From assembly GCA_951406725.2 (NCBI GenBank), contig OX597828.1, positions 53,258,001-53,322,000 of the forward strand: a DNA stretch of 64,000 bases. Direction: 5' to 3'. Of this stretch, positions 13,949 to 27,580 are shown in pieces. The DNA comes from Octopus vulgaris. Lineage: Eukaryota. A model generated the notes under the pieces. It had not been told where the DNA came from, did no database searches, and was given only the letters and a program-made list of their open reading frames with translations. Numbering within the stretch: position 1 is the first letter of the stretch; each line of letters opens with the position of its first letter. The translations under genes were made by a program, and so were the position numbers.

Positions 13949-16900
13949 AATACAAATTTACACGGAGCGAAACAAAAAAAAAACATTCACACGGATAGTT
14001 AAAACTAATTCACGTAGAAAATTAATAGCTCGACTGAAAAGAAACAAAAAACCTTCTTGTGCAAGTTTACGAAAATCGTGAAATATGGAAGACTTGTTAA
14101 CTAGGATAGTTGGGTTGCAAAAACATTGACAACAACAACTCAGGAACAACGAGAACAACAACAAGGATTGCATCGGCAGATGTTACAACTAATGTGCTTA
14201 ATAACCAAACCGGAGAATACATTTTCGTCTGCTTGTGTAGCAAATTCTATAAGCGAATACAAATACGACCCCTAAGAAGAAGTAACCTTCGAAACTTATT
14301 TCCGAAGATTTCAATAAATTTTTTTTAATGAATGCCAGGATTGGACGAACGATATGAAAACACGTCTTGTGTTAAGAAAACTAATGACAGCAGAACACGA
14401 GAAATATAGTAATTTCATATTGTCCCCCAAAAAAGCGTCCGACATAAATTTCACCAACACAGTTGACATTTTGTGCAAAATGTTTAGTGAAAAGGGCTCG
14501 CTGCTTAATACTAAATGGAAATGTTTAAACATAGAAAAGAGCGAAGGGGAAGACTTCACTACTTACACAGGCAGAATCAACGAGGAATGTGAGAGATTTT
14601 AGGCTAAACATGGTTACTCCAGATTCTTTTAAGTGTTTAATTTTTGCACAAGGATTGGTAGATCGAAGGGATGCAGAAATCCGAACGGATGTTTTATCAA
14701 AACTGGAAATGAATCAAGATTTGACATTGCAGATACCAAAATTAAGGCATAAAACGGAAGAAATTCAACGGAAAGAGTGTCTCCACATAAGACCAGTGCA
14801 AAGACACAGTGTTGCAGGAAAAGCAAAGACATACCGGGATGAAGACCCTTGTATGGCATGTGATAGTATGCAGCTGAAAAAATATTGTCCGTATAAAAAA
14901 GCAAAGTGTTTCGCTGCGGGTTTACAGGACATATCATATCGCACTGCAAAACTAGAATGATAGGAAATTGGAACAAACAAGAGAAATTAATAGTTTGTCA
15001 GTAGGAAAAGTTGTGACTACAACAAACAGAAAATTCGTGAATGTGAGAATTGAAAATACTAGCATCAGAATGCAAGTAGACATGGAAAGTGATACCACAA
15101 TCGTAAACGAGAAAACCTAGGAACAAATGGGTCAACCAAAATTATGTAGTTCAAATAACATAGCGTATGGTATTTCAGGGACGAACGCGTTTGCAATAAA
15201 ATGTTCAAAGGTCGAACCAAAAAAGTGAATGCTTATTTGTTGAGAAAATCCATGAATTTATTTGGCATCTAATGTATGGAGAAATTTAATTTATGGGACA
15301 CAGCCATAAACGCTTTGTGCAATAACGTAAACGGGGCAGTCAGACGATCGAATGAGGTGAAGGGACTGAAACAAAAAATGAATGAAACAAAAACAAAAGT
15401 AAGGATTGCTATCAAAGGAAATTCAACACCTATTTTCAATGCCGTTTACAGCGGTAGACCAGATCAATAATGAACAAGAAAGGTTGGAAAGCCTGTATAT
15501 AATTGCAAAGATTGACCATGCAGATTGGGCAGCACCGACGGCGGTGTACATAAAAAAAAAGCTAAGAGTCTTTGCAGACTTCTCGACCATATTAAACGAC
15601 TGTTTACTCATACGCAATTACCTACTTCTAAGCCCAGAAGAAGTTTTTGATAAACTAAACAGAGAGAAAATTTTTTCGAAGTTAGACCTCTCAGAGGCGT
15701 ACCTTCAATTTCGGTCAGAGGAAGATTACACTCATCTACTAATAATCAACACACACCGTGGGTGGTACAAGTTCAAATAATTTCCGTTTGGAGTAAATGT
15801 GGCACCCGCCATATTCCAGCAAATGATGGATGCGATGTTAAATGATTGCGACTTTGTCATCGCATACCCAGATGACATTCTGATAAAGAGCGAGTCTCGG
15901 GTGCAAAGTGTCGGACACATAAAGAAAGTATTCAAGAGAATAAGTGAATACGGACTAAAACTGACAGAAGAAAAATGGGCCAAGGAATCGTCGAAAGTGG
16001 ACGCAGACTGAACCCATCAAGGGTGACAGTAATACGAAATATGCCGCCCCCAACGAACGTGACACTGCTACAAGCATTCTTAGGCTTGGTAAATTATTAC
16101 CAAGTGTATATACCAAATATACATAAGGTAAGGGTACCACTTAATGAATTATTTTTAAAAATGCCAAATGGATTTGGACAGAGAAATACCAGAAAGCATT
16201 TAACGAGTTAAAAGATGTCTAAACTTCAGACTTGTATCTTACGCATTTCGACCCAAAATTAGACATAATACTAGCTAAAGATGCTAGCAAGTATGGGATA
16301 GGAGCCGTTCCCTACACAAGGGTAACGATGGCATCTTTAGAATGAAAGCGCTGGTGCGAAGTTTCATATACTGGTCAAGCATGGACAAGGAAGTTGAAAA
16401 CCTGGTAAAAGGCTGCAGAGGATGTGCGCCGGCAGCGAAGCTACCTACTACAAAATGTGAACCTTGGCTGGAAGTTAAGATACTATGGACCCGATTGCAT
16501 ATCGATTTTGCAGGCACGGTAAATGGATATTCATACTTAATAGTAGTGGACAGCTACACAAAATGGGTTGAGGTCGCGAGGTGTAAACGACCAACCTCAT
16601 ATACGGTAATAAACTTCTTTCACGAGCTGTTCGCAAGATTTGGTGTACCGGTATAATTGTATGATAACGGAACGCGGTTTGTAATCTGTGAGTTTAAACG
16701 TTTCAGCGAGACGTTCACTTTAGAACATAAAACTATAGTACCACCCTAGATCGAATGGAAGAGCAGATCGGTTCGTGGACACTTTTAAGAGAGCTTTAAA
16801 GAAAGTTAATAAGGAAGTCAGGGACGAGGTTGCGATCCAACAATTCTATACGGGGTAACTCCGAAGTCAAATGCGCCAGAAGGAAGATCACCAGCATAAT

Positions 16901-16990
16901 TAATATTTGCCAGAAACAGGACAGGAGTTCACACGGGGTATGTAGAGTCGGTGAAGAGGTCACAGGATGTGTGACGAAAAGTTTCAAGCA
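13622..16990 (+). mobile_element. Degenerate Ty3/Gypsy (Mag-type) LTR retrotransposon: 5' LTR, PBS, gag-pro-RT-RH-IN remnants; no 3' LTR seen
   Basis: gag KTRLVLRKL...EHEKYSNFIL; protease-like MQVDMESDTTIV (~15070); RT FSKLDLSEAYLQ, NTHRGWY, PFGVNVAPAIFQ, AYPDDILI; RNase H DASKYGIGAV; integrase MKALVRSFIYW...C..C, RLHIDFAG, LIVVDSYTKW, ARFGVP. Many stops, frameshifts and internal deletions. Confidence 0.92.
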
Positions 16991-17029
16991 AATGACACTA
17001 AAATAATAATAATAATATTAATAATAATG

Positions 17030-17073
<44 letters not shown>

Positions 17074-17114
17074 GCTGAAGTGAAGACGAGTGTATAGTGT
17101 GTGTGGTTATTAGG

Positions 17115-17152
<38 letters not shown>

Positions 17153-17179
17153 CATGCATGTATGTATGTATGTATATAC

Positions 17180-17340
17180 GCGCAGGAGTGGCTGTGTGGT
17201 AAGTAGCTTGCTTACCAACAACATTGTTCCGGGTTCAGTCCCACCGCGTGGCAACTTGGGCAAGTGTCTTTCACTATAGCCTCGGGCCGACCAAAGCCTT
17301 GTGAGTGGATCTGGTAGACAGAAACTGAAAGAAGCCCGTC

Positions 17341-17342
<2 letters not shown>
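17180..17342 (+). mobile_element. SINE family A, head half
   Basis: GCGCAGGAGTGGCTGTGTGGTAAGTAGCTTGCTTACCAAC...GAAAGAAGCCCGTCG then (TA)n. Confidence 0.88.
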
Positions 17343-17392
<50 letters not shown>

Positions 17393-17757
17393 ACATTGTG
17401 TAACTTTCAGTATATGTGTTACTGTTTGTAATGGTGTGTGTGTTATAAGTGTATGTGTGAGGGCGGGTGAGCATGTATGTGATAAGGATGGGGGATATTT
17501 ATGAGGTGGGGCATGACAGGAGGTGGAGGTGATAGGAAAAGATGTGAGAGGAAGGAAAGTCAAATTATTTAATGAATGAGGAAATTGCAAGGAAGAAGAT
17601 TAAAGTAGAATGACTGAAAATAAATAAGGACAAGAAGAAGGAGGAGGAGGAGAAGGAGAAGAAGAGTCAAAAATAGGAGAGAAATAGATAAAAATGAAGA
17701 GAAAATGGAACAGGGAATTATATATAAAGACACATGTATGTATGTATATATGTATGC

Positions 17758-17809
<52 letters not shown>

Positions 17810-17926
17810 GTTTTGTGTGTCTGTATGCATAACTTTATCTATTAAAATGTCTATCTATCTATATACTGTATGTATATATAAATATTTATATATACAGCTA
17901 TCTACCTATCTATCAATCTATCTATC

Positions 17927-17994
<68 letters not shown>

Positions 17995-18105
17995 CATACG
18001 CATACATATATACACATATATATCTGTGTGTGTATTTGTGTGTTTTTATATGCGTATTTATGAATAATATTTATAAATGCACATATACACACACATATAT
18101 GTGTA

Positions 18106-18145
<40 letters not shown>

Positions 18146-19129
18146 TATATATAATTATATGTGCATGTTTGCGTGTATTGTTTTTGTTTACACATATATT
18201 TCCATAGATATTCCCTTCTCATATATATTTACATATATATTTCTTCTTTTATACATAGTAAATATTCTCTCTCTCCCCCTCCTTCACTCTTTCTCTCCCA
18301 CACTATCTCTCTCTGTCTGTCTCTCTCTCTCTCTCTCTCTCACTCTGCCTTACCCTGGAAAAAGTCTGGGGTTGTTATTACATAGGAAATGTAATTTCTG
18401 TCATTATTGCGCTATGTCCCGACCGCATATGATGCGACATACTAAGCACACTTTCATTTTTCTGATGGAGGAAAATAATTTGTTTAGATTAGGAAATGTT
18501 GGTATATCTCTTTATGGGTGTTTATTTTTTTTTATATGCATACCTTTATTCAATTTTTTTGTGTGTTCGTTCATTATGTTTCTTATTCTCTTCTTCATTT
18601 CGGTTATTTTCAAACGGTGACGGATTTTATTCGGCGCTGCATATTTATATTTAATGCATACAATAGCAGCGCATAGATGAATATAGGCACAAATATCCAT
18701 GCATAAATGCATGCATATATACACACACACTCTTGTACATACACACGTAATCAAACACACGTGCACACCCACACACATACACAAACATGTATTGAAAGAC
18801 GCACAGCATACGCAGACACACGCACACATCGGCGTCACCCGCCATGCATAAAGATAATTTCTTCTAAAGGCGATGTTTGAAAAGCTTATACACACACACA
18901 CATACACACACATGCATATATATATATGTGTGTGTAGATATAGCTATATAATATGTAGCTATACATGTTGTCATGCATGTATATGCATTTATCTCTGTGT
19001 GTATACGTGTATGTGTGAATTGCGCTTATACGCATAGTTATAAAATATATACATAGATAAAAAGATAGATTGGTTAAGGCATACCTTTGCTATTTACGTC
19101 TTTAACTGTGGGCTCAACGAAGGTATGTG

Positions 19130-19208
<79 letters not shown>

Positions 19209-19217
19209 ATGTGTGTA

Positions 19218-19248
<31 letters not shown>

Positions 19249-19344
19249 ATGTATGTATGTATGTATGTATGTATGTATATTTATATGTGTGTATATCTTT
19301 TATAAACAGGGCTAATATAGTTGTTTCTCCGGAGATTGAAAAAA

Positions 19345-19406
19345 TGATGAATAACCGTAATCGATTTTCGTATTTTATTGGACTCTCATCAGTGACATCT
19401 CCATCA
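19345..19406 (-). ncRNA. Hammerhead motif with canonical core, diverged copy
   Basis: Minus strand reads TGATGGAGATGTCA CTGATGA GAGTC-CAATAA-AATAC GAAA ATCGAT TA CGGTTATTCATCA. About 130 bp of flank is alignable by eye to 55315-55435. Confidence 0.55.
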
Positions 19407-19923
19407 GCTTGTCCAGTCCAAGAGAACAAGCAGGTAATCTGTTTATATAGTTAATAGTTACAGTAGCCACAGGAAGCGTATTTATGCGTGTGTGTGCGTG
19501 TGTTTGTGTTTGTGCGGGTGTTTGTGTGTGTGTATGAGTGTGTGTGTGTGTGTTTGCGTGTGTGTGTGTGCGAGTGCGTGTGTGTTTCTACGGTGTATTT
19601 CATAGTTTTGCGTTTAGTTAATCTCAAAGTCAGAAGAGAAAGCAATAGACACGATCCGTTACGATGCGAGAGCGGCGAAAGTGATCTAAGGCGATTTCCT
19701 CAAACAAGAGATATGGTCCGATGGTTTGCAGCTAAGTGGACTGTAATGGAGATACTCGAGTTACTTCATGTTGAAGTTAAGAGCACAACGGATGAACTCG
19801 ACATCCTTGAAATGTTTTATGTCTAATAAAGCAATTATCACTTATCTCTGAAGTGACAGAGATAAATATTAATAGATTGGTCCTTTATTAGCATGAAACC
19901 TTTAAATTTGAGCAGAAATATAT

Positions 19924-20050
19924 ACGAAGGTGTGCTGAAAAGTTCCCAGCTTTAAGGGTATCGCCAAAGGCCTGGCTGGAGGTCCAACCTTTTGAGTTCT
20001 TTCACAAGACTTAGAAAAACTGAAAGACTGCTGCAATAAGTGTGAATCCC
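19924..20050 (+). repeat. Mariner-derived non-autonomous fragment
   Basis: Begins ACGAAGGTGTGCTGAAAAGTTCC (same TIR-like motif at 47024-47042), followed by sequence resembling a mariner C-terminus (LEKLKDCCNKC). Confidence 0.55.
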
Positions 20051-20131
20051 TGGTCAGTTGCTACCAGTTATTTTAACGTAGAGGATGGAAAATCCAGCCA
20101 TCTCACATTAATGTTTCTCTCTTCAAATTTT

Positions 20132-20164
20132 CGCTTGAAGAAGGACCTTGTCCGAAATGTTGTA
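20132..20164 (+). ncRNA. Degenerate hammerhead motif
   Basis: CGC TTGAAGAA GGAC-CTT-GTCC GAAA TGTT; perfect stem II, but core position 3 and stems I/III are decayed. Confidence 0.45.
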
Positions 20165-20287
20165 TTTTCCACACCTTACGGCAAGTTCACTATAGTCTTT
20201 TTCACTTCACTGCATAAGGGTTACTAACGTAGGTTAACACCAGCCGCATAGGAAACTTTTCACTTACATACACACACACACAAAACA

Positions 20288-20346
<59 letters not shown>

Positions 20347-20560
20347 AGAGAGAGCGAGAGATAGACAGATAGACAGATAGATAGATATACCTGTGTGAAT
20401 GCGTATGTATGTTTATGTGTTTTTATTTATGTCCGTATGTGCTTCTACTCGTACGTACTTATGCTTGCGTTTGCTTCCTGGCGCCTAAATCTGTACAAAT
20501 TTCCACCTACCTTCATATAACTGTCCCCACATTTAACAGTTATATACAAATACACACACA

Positions 20561-20652
<92 letters not shown>

Positions 20653-20659
20653 TGTATGT

Positions 20660-20705
<46 letters not shown>

Positions 20706-21063
20706 TTTAAGTTTCAAATTTAGTTAATGGAGTTTTTTTCTATAAGAAAAAATATTATATTTACTTTTTAAATAAATATTGTTTAACTCTATTGGCTTAT
20801 TTATTTAACTATTATCATTAACCTGAAGATTGACTATAATTTTAAATCGAATTTATTTCAATTCAATTTAAACTTAATTGTAATTTGAATTTAATTGTAG
20901 TCATGAAACGTGCGTAGCGGTTATAATTATTATATATTGATCATTCATTTTTATACTTTTTGAGATCTAGTTATATGTTTTATAAAAATATATATTATTT
21001 GTTTTGTATGTTTTGGTTTATGTCGATCACTGTTTGAGTTGCATTATAGTGGTTTAATCTCTA

Positions 21064-21129
<66 letters not shown>

Positions 21130-21162
21130 GCTTGTATGTATGTATGTATGTATATATATGTA

Positions 21163-21556
21163 CTAGCAGTATCGCCCGGCGTTGCTCGGGTTTGTAAGGG
21201 AAATATCTATATAAGCATTTTTAGAGAGTTATAGCCAAAAGATAACAAAAAAATGCATTAAAAATGGAAAAAAAATTAAGGTAAATTTTTTTAAATCGTT
21301 GACACATCGTAGATATTTTTAGAGAGTTACTTCCCTTATATAATAGTGAAAAATGCATTAAAATGGAAAAATATGATGGTAAATTTTTTTTAAATCGTAG
21401 ACTCATCGTAGACGCGCGCTAATACCCAGAAGGGCTCGATATGACTCACGATTTTAAGATACCCGCTTTTGGTGAAACTGCACCGCAAAATGTGGGAGTA
21501 GTTACGAATCTAAATCGTAGGAGACAGACACACAACTTCAGTTTTATATATAAAGA
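21163..21556 (-). mobile_element. Non-autonomous Helitron
   Basis: Minus strand starts A|TCTTTATATATAAAAC and ends CCCGAGCAACGCCGGG hairpin + CGATACTG CTAG|T; inserted between A and T with no TSD; internal ~100-bp tandem duplication. Confidence 0.82.
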
Positions 21557-21944
21557 TATAAGCCACGTAGTTATATACACATACTTTGTTATATACACAT
21601 TCTTAAAAGAAAATGTTATTTTGAACACAACATTTATAAAGAATAAAATATTTTTTGGTTTTTCTTAACCCTTTCGTTACTATATTTCTGACCAAAATAC
21701 ACCCCTTATGTGTTTCAATTAATTTCTAACGTAATCATAAATTTAGTCTGGTTTCATTAAACAACTATAACTTTTTTATTCATCAATATCTTAACATGAA
21801 TTTTGGAAGATAATTTAATGAAATGTTCTCAACCAATTCCATACTATAATTTTTGTCACAAAGTGACTCTAATTGCAGGTAGATACAGGTAAATTCAACA
21901 AAATATAAAATTTGTTCAAACATCGCTATAGAAAATGGGTTATT

Positions 21945-22320
21945 AGCTAATATTCAATTGGGTATACAACAAAATTTTACGATAGAATTTGTTATTCTGG
22001 GTAACTTTCTGATACCCATAATAATATTTATGGCAAAATAGGCCTTAATTTCATTTAAGGTTGTGGGAAATAACAAACTATCCTTTCTTTCGCTTTGTTT
22101 ACGTTTAGCGTAACAGTTCGTTTCCGCCGTAATGATTTCAAATAGGCTCATTCGAAAAAGTAAAAAGAAATAGTCTAAGGCTTTACTCTTCTGGGAAAGT
22201 CTGTGGCTTGGTCCAGTTTCTTCAGAAAAATCACCGAAAGAAACAGTTTTTTAAATTTTCACTCCATTCAGGTGCCAATTCATTTTCTTTATCGCTGTCG
22301 GATTCACTGTTTTCACTTTA
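21945..22320 (-). pseudogene. piggyBac (PGBD-like) transposase N-terminal fragment
   Basis: FSEETGP...ALDYFFLLF..SLFEIITAETNCYA...PTTLNEIKAYFAINIIMGIRKLP matches the conserved piggyBac N-terminal block. A TTAA|CCC terminus lies at 21665-21671. Confidence 0.8.
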
Positions 22321-22824
22321 ATCGTTGCGAACTTGCAAAGAGAAAGTCGTAGAAATTAGAGTGATAGCGTGAGTGAATCAGATCGCTCCCTTTTTGTGTG
22401 TGTGTGTGTGCGTATGCTCTAGCCCACGCTAAGAAAAGCATTTGACATACACACCACAATGTGAGTTTTCTCTAAATTTTGCTTAATTGGGGTTGAAATT
22501 TTAAAAACTGGACCTGGCACGACCCGATGCATTCTACTCTTAAAAATGCTAGGTAAATTTTAATTGAAGAAATCCTATATTGTAGATTTCTATAAGAGAC
22601 AAAGGGAGGCAGATAAAATCTGCCTTTTATAATAAGAGATATATATGTATGTATGTATGCACGTATGTATATATGAATGTTTGTATGAATGCATGCATAT
22701 ATATATGTGTGTATGTATTTATATATGCTTATGTATATATTCATACATATATATCTATATGTATGTATATTTATGCATATATATATATATATATATATCC
22801 CCATCCATCCATACATACATGCAT

Positions 22825-22902
<78 letters not shown>

Positions 22903-23149
22903 ACACATTAAGTACAGGACAATCAGCAACGAGCGAAAAACACGTCAACTCACGAGAGATATGTACAGGACAAAATACCAAAAGTCTAACTTCTCCTCAG
23001 TTGTCGACTGTTTATACCATCAGCCCGGAGCGGGCTGATGGTATGGAGATATTATTAAAGCTATTATCTCTACAAACACCGGAGGCGTGTATGGGTATAT
23101 ATAAATATAGTTCAAATTTGCAAAAAAAAAAAAAAAAAAATAATGGTTC

Positions 23150-23275
23150 AAGTGTACAAAAAACAAAGGACAAATACAGGTGAGGGAACAACATGCAGGT
23201 GTATGAATTTGACGTTCGAGAAGAATGGAGAAGTCTTTGATGATTCAAGCCCACGCTACGCTCTTCGACGGGGCT
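23150..23275 (-). repeat. Diverged copy of the 49.1/49.6 kb pLTR-like repeat with decayed hammerhead
   Basis: Minus strand CCGTCGAAGAGCGTAGCGTGGGCTTGAATCATCAAAGACTT...CACCTGTATTTGTCCTTTGTTTTTTGT parallels 49642-49751. Confidence 0.5.
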
Positions 23276-23481
23276 AAAATAACGTTAGATATCTAGAGAA
23301 TTAAAATTTATATGAATCATAAGGGCGCACAAGGCGCCTACCTGCTACAAAGAAGAGTTAAAACCCTCATTTAAACCACCAAAATCACTGAAAAATACGA
23401 CAGAAAATCAACAGGGCGAACGGGTTAAAGAATTTTTAACACACCTATGTAGCCCGATGCCATATATTTTGGTATTTGAAT

Positions 23482-23538
23482 ATACTAGGACCATGATTTC
23501 CGACTCTGGCTTAAAGCCTTACCTTCATCAGCATGTAT
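23482..23538 (-). ncRNA. Possible degenerate hammerhead motif
   Basis: Minus strand ATACATG CTGATGAA GGTAA-GGCT-TTA-AGCC-AGAGTCG GAAA TCATGG TC CTAGTAT; near-palindromic stem III, imperfect stems I and II. Confidence 0.35.
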
Positions 23539-23633
23539 TACATGCATACACATTCAAGTATTACAACATACATATGCATACACACACACATACATACATA
23601 CACACATATATATATATATACACACATATACAC

Positions 23634-23691
<58 letters not shown>

Positions 23692-24037
23692 ATTTGTGTG
23701 TATCTATGTGTGTATTTAAGTATGAATGTATGTATGAATGTGTGTACTGTATGCCCGCAGTCTAATGACAGAAAGAATTAAAGCCTAAAAGCTAAATGGT
23801 ATAATCACAAGCACATTTATATAGTCTATATTTTGTAATGAGTTCTAAATCAGACAATGTCGTAATACTATAACATATACCCAGATATGTTCAGCACCTG
23901 CAAAATTATCGTTCATACACACACGCACACATACATACACACACACTTATATCTATTTTATTTTATTTTATCTAGTTTCAGCTCACGAGCTGTGGCCATG
24001 CTGGGGCACCGCCATGTAATAAATGCGAGCTCACCAG

Positions 24038-24081
<44 letters not shown>

Positions 24082-24103
24082 AATATATATATGCGCATGT
24101 ATA

Positions 24104-24156
<53 letters not shown>

Positions 24157-24270
24157 ATATATATATATATATGTGTGTATATGTATTTATATATACACAG
24201 ACATACACACATGCATATATGTACGTACCTGCGTACGTATGTATGTATGCAAGTATGCATGTGTATATAT

Positions 24271-24307
<37 letters not shown>

Positions 24308-24593
24308 ATTCATAATCGGAGATGCGTGTGATAAAACGGTTGGTGGTGCGTGGAGAGCCTGATGAATGTTCACATTTGATTCCTGTCTTCGAGACTAAGC
24401 CCCAATACCATTGTTCGCAGCAAGAACTACATTGGACATTTCTTGGAACGCAGTCTTACAACGTTGACTCATCAAACAATTAGTATTAATTTTTAATTTT
24501 CAATAAATTCTTACAATTCATTTGAATGAAGCCTAATGATAGCCTATTGTTCGGCTGGGTTTGTGATTGATTTGTGAAGTAGAGAAGACGTAT

Positions 24594-25877
24594 GTGGTGG
24601 TGGTGGTGGTGGTGGTGGTGGTGGTGGTGGTAGTACAGGTGGTGGTGCTGGTGCTAATAATAGTGGTGGTGATAATGGTAGTAGTAGTATTGGTGGTAGT
24701 AGTGATAGTGATGGTGATAGTAGTTGTAATAGTGGTGGTGATTACGATGGAAGTGGTAGTGTTGGCGGTAGTAGTGCTGGTGGTGGTGATAGTAGTGGTG
24801 GTAGTTATGATGGAAGTGGTAGTGTTGGTGGTGGTAGTAATGGTACTGATGATGTTAGTTGTAGTGGTGATGATGATGGTATGGTAGTATTGGTGGTGGT
24901 AATGATGGTGCTGGTAGTGGTAATAGAGGTGGTGTTTGTGGTAGTGGTGGTGGTGGTGGTTGTGATGATAGTAATGGTTGTAGTGGTGGTGGTGTTGCTG
25001 CTGGTATTAGTAACAGTGGTGGTGGTGGTGGTGGTAGAAGCGGTAATAGTGGTGGTGCTGATGTTAGTAGTAGTAGCAGTGGTGATGGTGGTGCTGGTAG
25101 TGGTAATAGTGGTCGTAGTTGTTATAGTTGTAGTGGTGGGGGGTAGTGGTTGTAGCGATGGTGGTGGTGCTGCTGATACTGGTGATAATGGTGATGTTGG
25201 TGGTAGTATTAGTGGCAGTGATAGCTGTGGTATTGTTAGTAGTGGTGGTGGTGGTGTGGTGGTGGTGGTAGTGGTGGTGGTGATGATGGTGATAGTGGTG
25301 GGGATGTTACAGTCGTCATAGCAGTGGTACTTGTAGTGGTGGTTGTAGCGGATGTAGTAATGGTGGTTGTTGTAATAATATAGTCAAGGTAGCAGTGGTG
25401 GTGACGGTGGTAGTAGTTATTGTAAAGACAGTTGTGGTGGAGGTGGTGGTGGTGGTGGTACAGGTGGTAGAGCTAGTGGTTAGTGAGGTTGATGATGGTG
25501 AGGGTGATCCTATTAAAAGTTGGGGGAGGCGGGTCTTCAATATTTAAATAAACTAAATTTAAAAGAATATATTTTGAATAGAAATAATTGGGAAATAAAT
25601 TAGAATCGGAACGATGACGATGACGATGACTATGGTGATGGTGATGATGATGATGATGATGATGATGGTGATGATGTTGGTGATGGTGGTGGTGATGATG
25701 ATGATGGTGGTCCTGGTGGTAGTGGTGATGGTGAGGTTGATGATGATGATGACGATGATGATGTTGGTGGTGATAATGGTGGTCCTGACGATTACGATGA
25801 TGATGATGACGATGATGATGATGATGATGACGATGATGATGACGACGATTACGATGATGATGATGATGATGATGATG
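24594..25877. repeat. Degenerate (GGT)n/(GAT)n trinucleotide tracts
   Basis: Direct reading. Confidence 0.9.
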
Positions 25878-25949
25878 TCGACTCTCTTTCAAGATCCTGG
25901 ACGAAATCATAATTTTCTGGTTCAAAAGACTCTCGGGGGTGTTTTAAAA

Positions 25950-26014
<65 letters not shown>

Positions 26015-26265
26015 AGCTTGGTCCAGATAAATGAGCTCGCATTCTGTAATATAGTCCACATGAAAATACTTTAGTTAACAAGTGACGGGTGTTGAACCAG
26101 GGACGCGCGTCTCGTATTTTAGTTGTGCTTGCTGGTATTTTTTTCTGTGATAACAGAACCTCGTCTGATAGGTCAGAGTGAGGGGTCACCTTGTACTTTG
26201 TTAAGGTTTAACAACAAAAAAGGCAACTGGAGCAGAAAAGAGAATATACCGATTGAATCATGAAT

Positions 26266-26760
26266 GAGTGGCTGTGTGGTAAGTAGCTTGCTTACCAACC
26301 ACATGGTTCCGGGTTCAGTCCCACTGCGTGGCACCTTGGACAAAGTGTCTTCTACTATAGCCTCGGGCCGACCAAAGCCTTGTGAGTGGATTTAGTAGAC
26401 GGAAACTAAAAGAAGCCCGCCGTATATATATATATGTGTATGTATGTATGTATGTATGTATGTATGTATGTATGTATGTATGTATGTGTGTATGCATGTA
26501 TGTATGTATGTATGTGTGTCTTTATATGTATATGTATATGTATGTGTGTGTATATGTTTGTGTGTCTGTGTTTGTCCACCCAACATCGTTTGACAACCGA
26601 TACTGTTGTGTTTATGTCCCCATAACTTAGCGGTTTGTCAAAAAAGCCGCTAGAATAAGTACTAGTCTTACAACGAATAAGTCCTGGGGTCAATTTGCTC
26701 GACTAAAGGCTGTGCTTCAGCATGACCGTAGTCAAATGACTAAAACAAGTAAAAGAGTAA
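26266..26760 (+). mobile_element. SINE family A
   Basis: Near full-length match to the other copies. Confidence 0.88.
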
Positions 26761-27182
26761 GAATATTCGTGTGTTTGGTGGGAAATTCAATGTGGTTTGT
26801 CGGCTGAGGTGTCGGTGCTTTGAATCGTATACTTTTTTCCCCCGACTGTCCGTGCTTTAAGTTCAAATCTATCGGACATCAAGTTTATCTTACATTGTTT
26901 GGCAAAACATCGGACGAGATGTTTCGTGATATCTTTGATTCCTGCTAGAGATGTCTGGCATCACACCGGTTTTAGGTCTGCTGGCAGCACAAACAGAACT
27001 GGCTTTTTTTTTCTTAGACAAGAAGAGGTTCTGGGCAACTGTCAGTCTTCCACTGTAAAACCCTGCCCAAGGCTTCAAATACAGTTGCAGAACCATAGCA
27101 GAATCTTACACATAACGGATCCATATGGCAACAAACTTGACACAGATATCTAAGTATCAGTTCCATATTGATTACATCACAA

Positions 27183-27580
27183 GGCGGCGAGATGGCAGAA
27201 TCGTTAGCACACCGGGCGAAATGCTCAGCGGTATTTCGTCTGCCGCTACGTTCTGAGTTCAAATTCTGCCGAGGTCGACTTTGCCTTTCATCCTTTCGGG
27301 GTCGATTAAATAAGTACCAGTTACGCACTGAGGTCGATATAATCGATTTAATCCGTTTGTCTGTCCTTGTTTGTCCTCTCTGTGTTTAGCCCCTTGTGGG
27401 TAGTAAAGAAATATGTATATCGTCTGTCTTTACGTTCTGAGCTCAAATTCCACTGAGGTCGACTTTGCCTTTCATCCTTTCGGGGTTGATAAATTAAGTA
27501 CTAGTTGCGTATTGAAGTCGTTCTAATCGATTGGCCCCCTCCCCAAAAATTTCGGGCCATGTGCCTAGAGTAGAAAAGAA
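27183..27580 (+). mobile_element. SINE family B dimer
   Basis: Two units; TSD-like ATTGATTACATCACA (27167-27181) / ATTGATTGCAGCACA (27582-27596). Confidence 0.88.

Noticed and set aside
21665-23428. Single complete piggyBac bounded by TTAA sites
   Set aside because: The two termini match only over ~8 nt (CCCTTTCG vs CCCGTTCG) and diverge thereafter, so they cannot be assigned to one element.
24359-24400. CTGATGAA as a hammerhead core
   Set aside because: No GAAA box after the short hairpin.
25473-25952. His-rich and Met-rich ORFs
   Set aside because: Frames of a (GAT)n/(GAC)n microsatellite.
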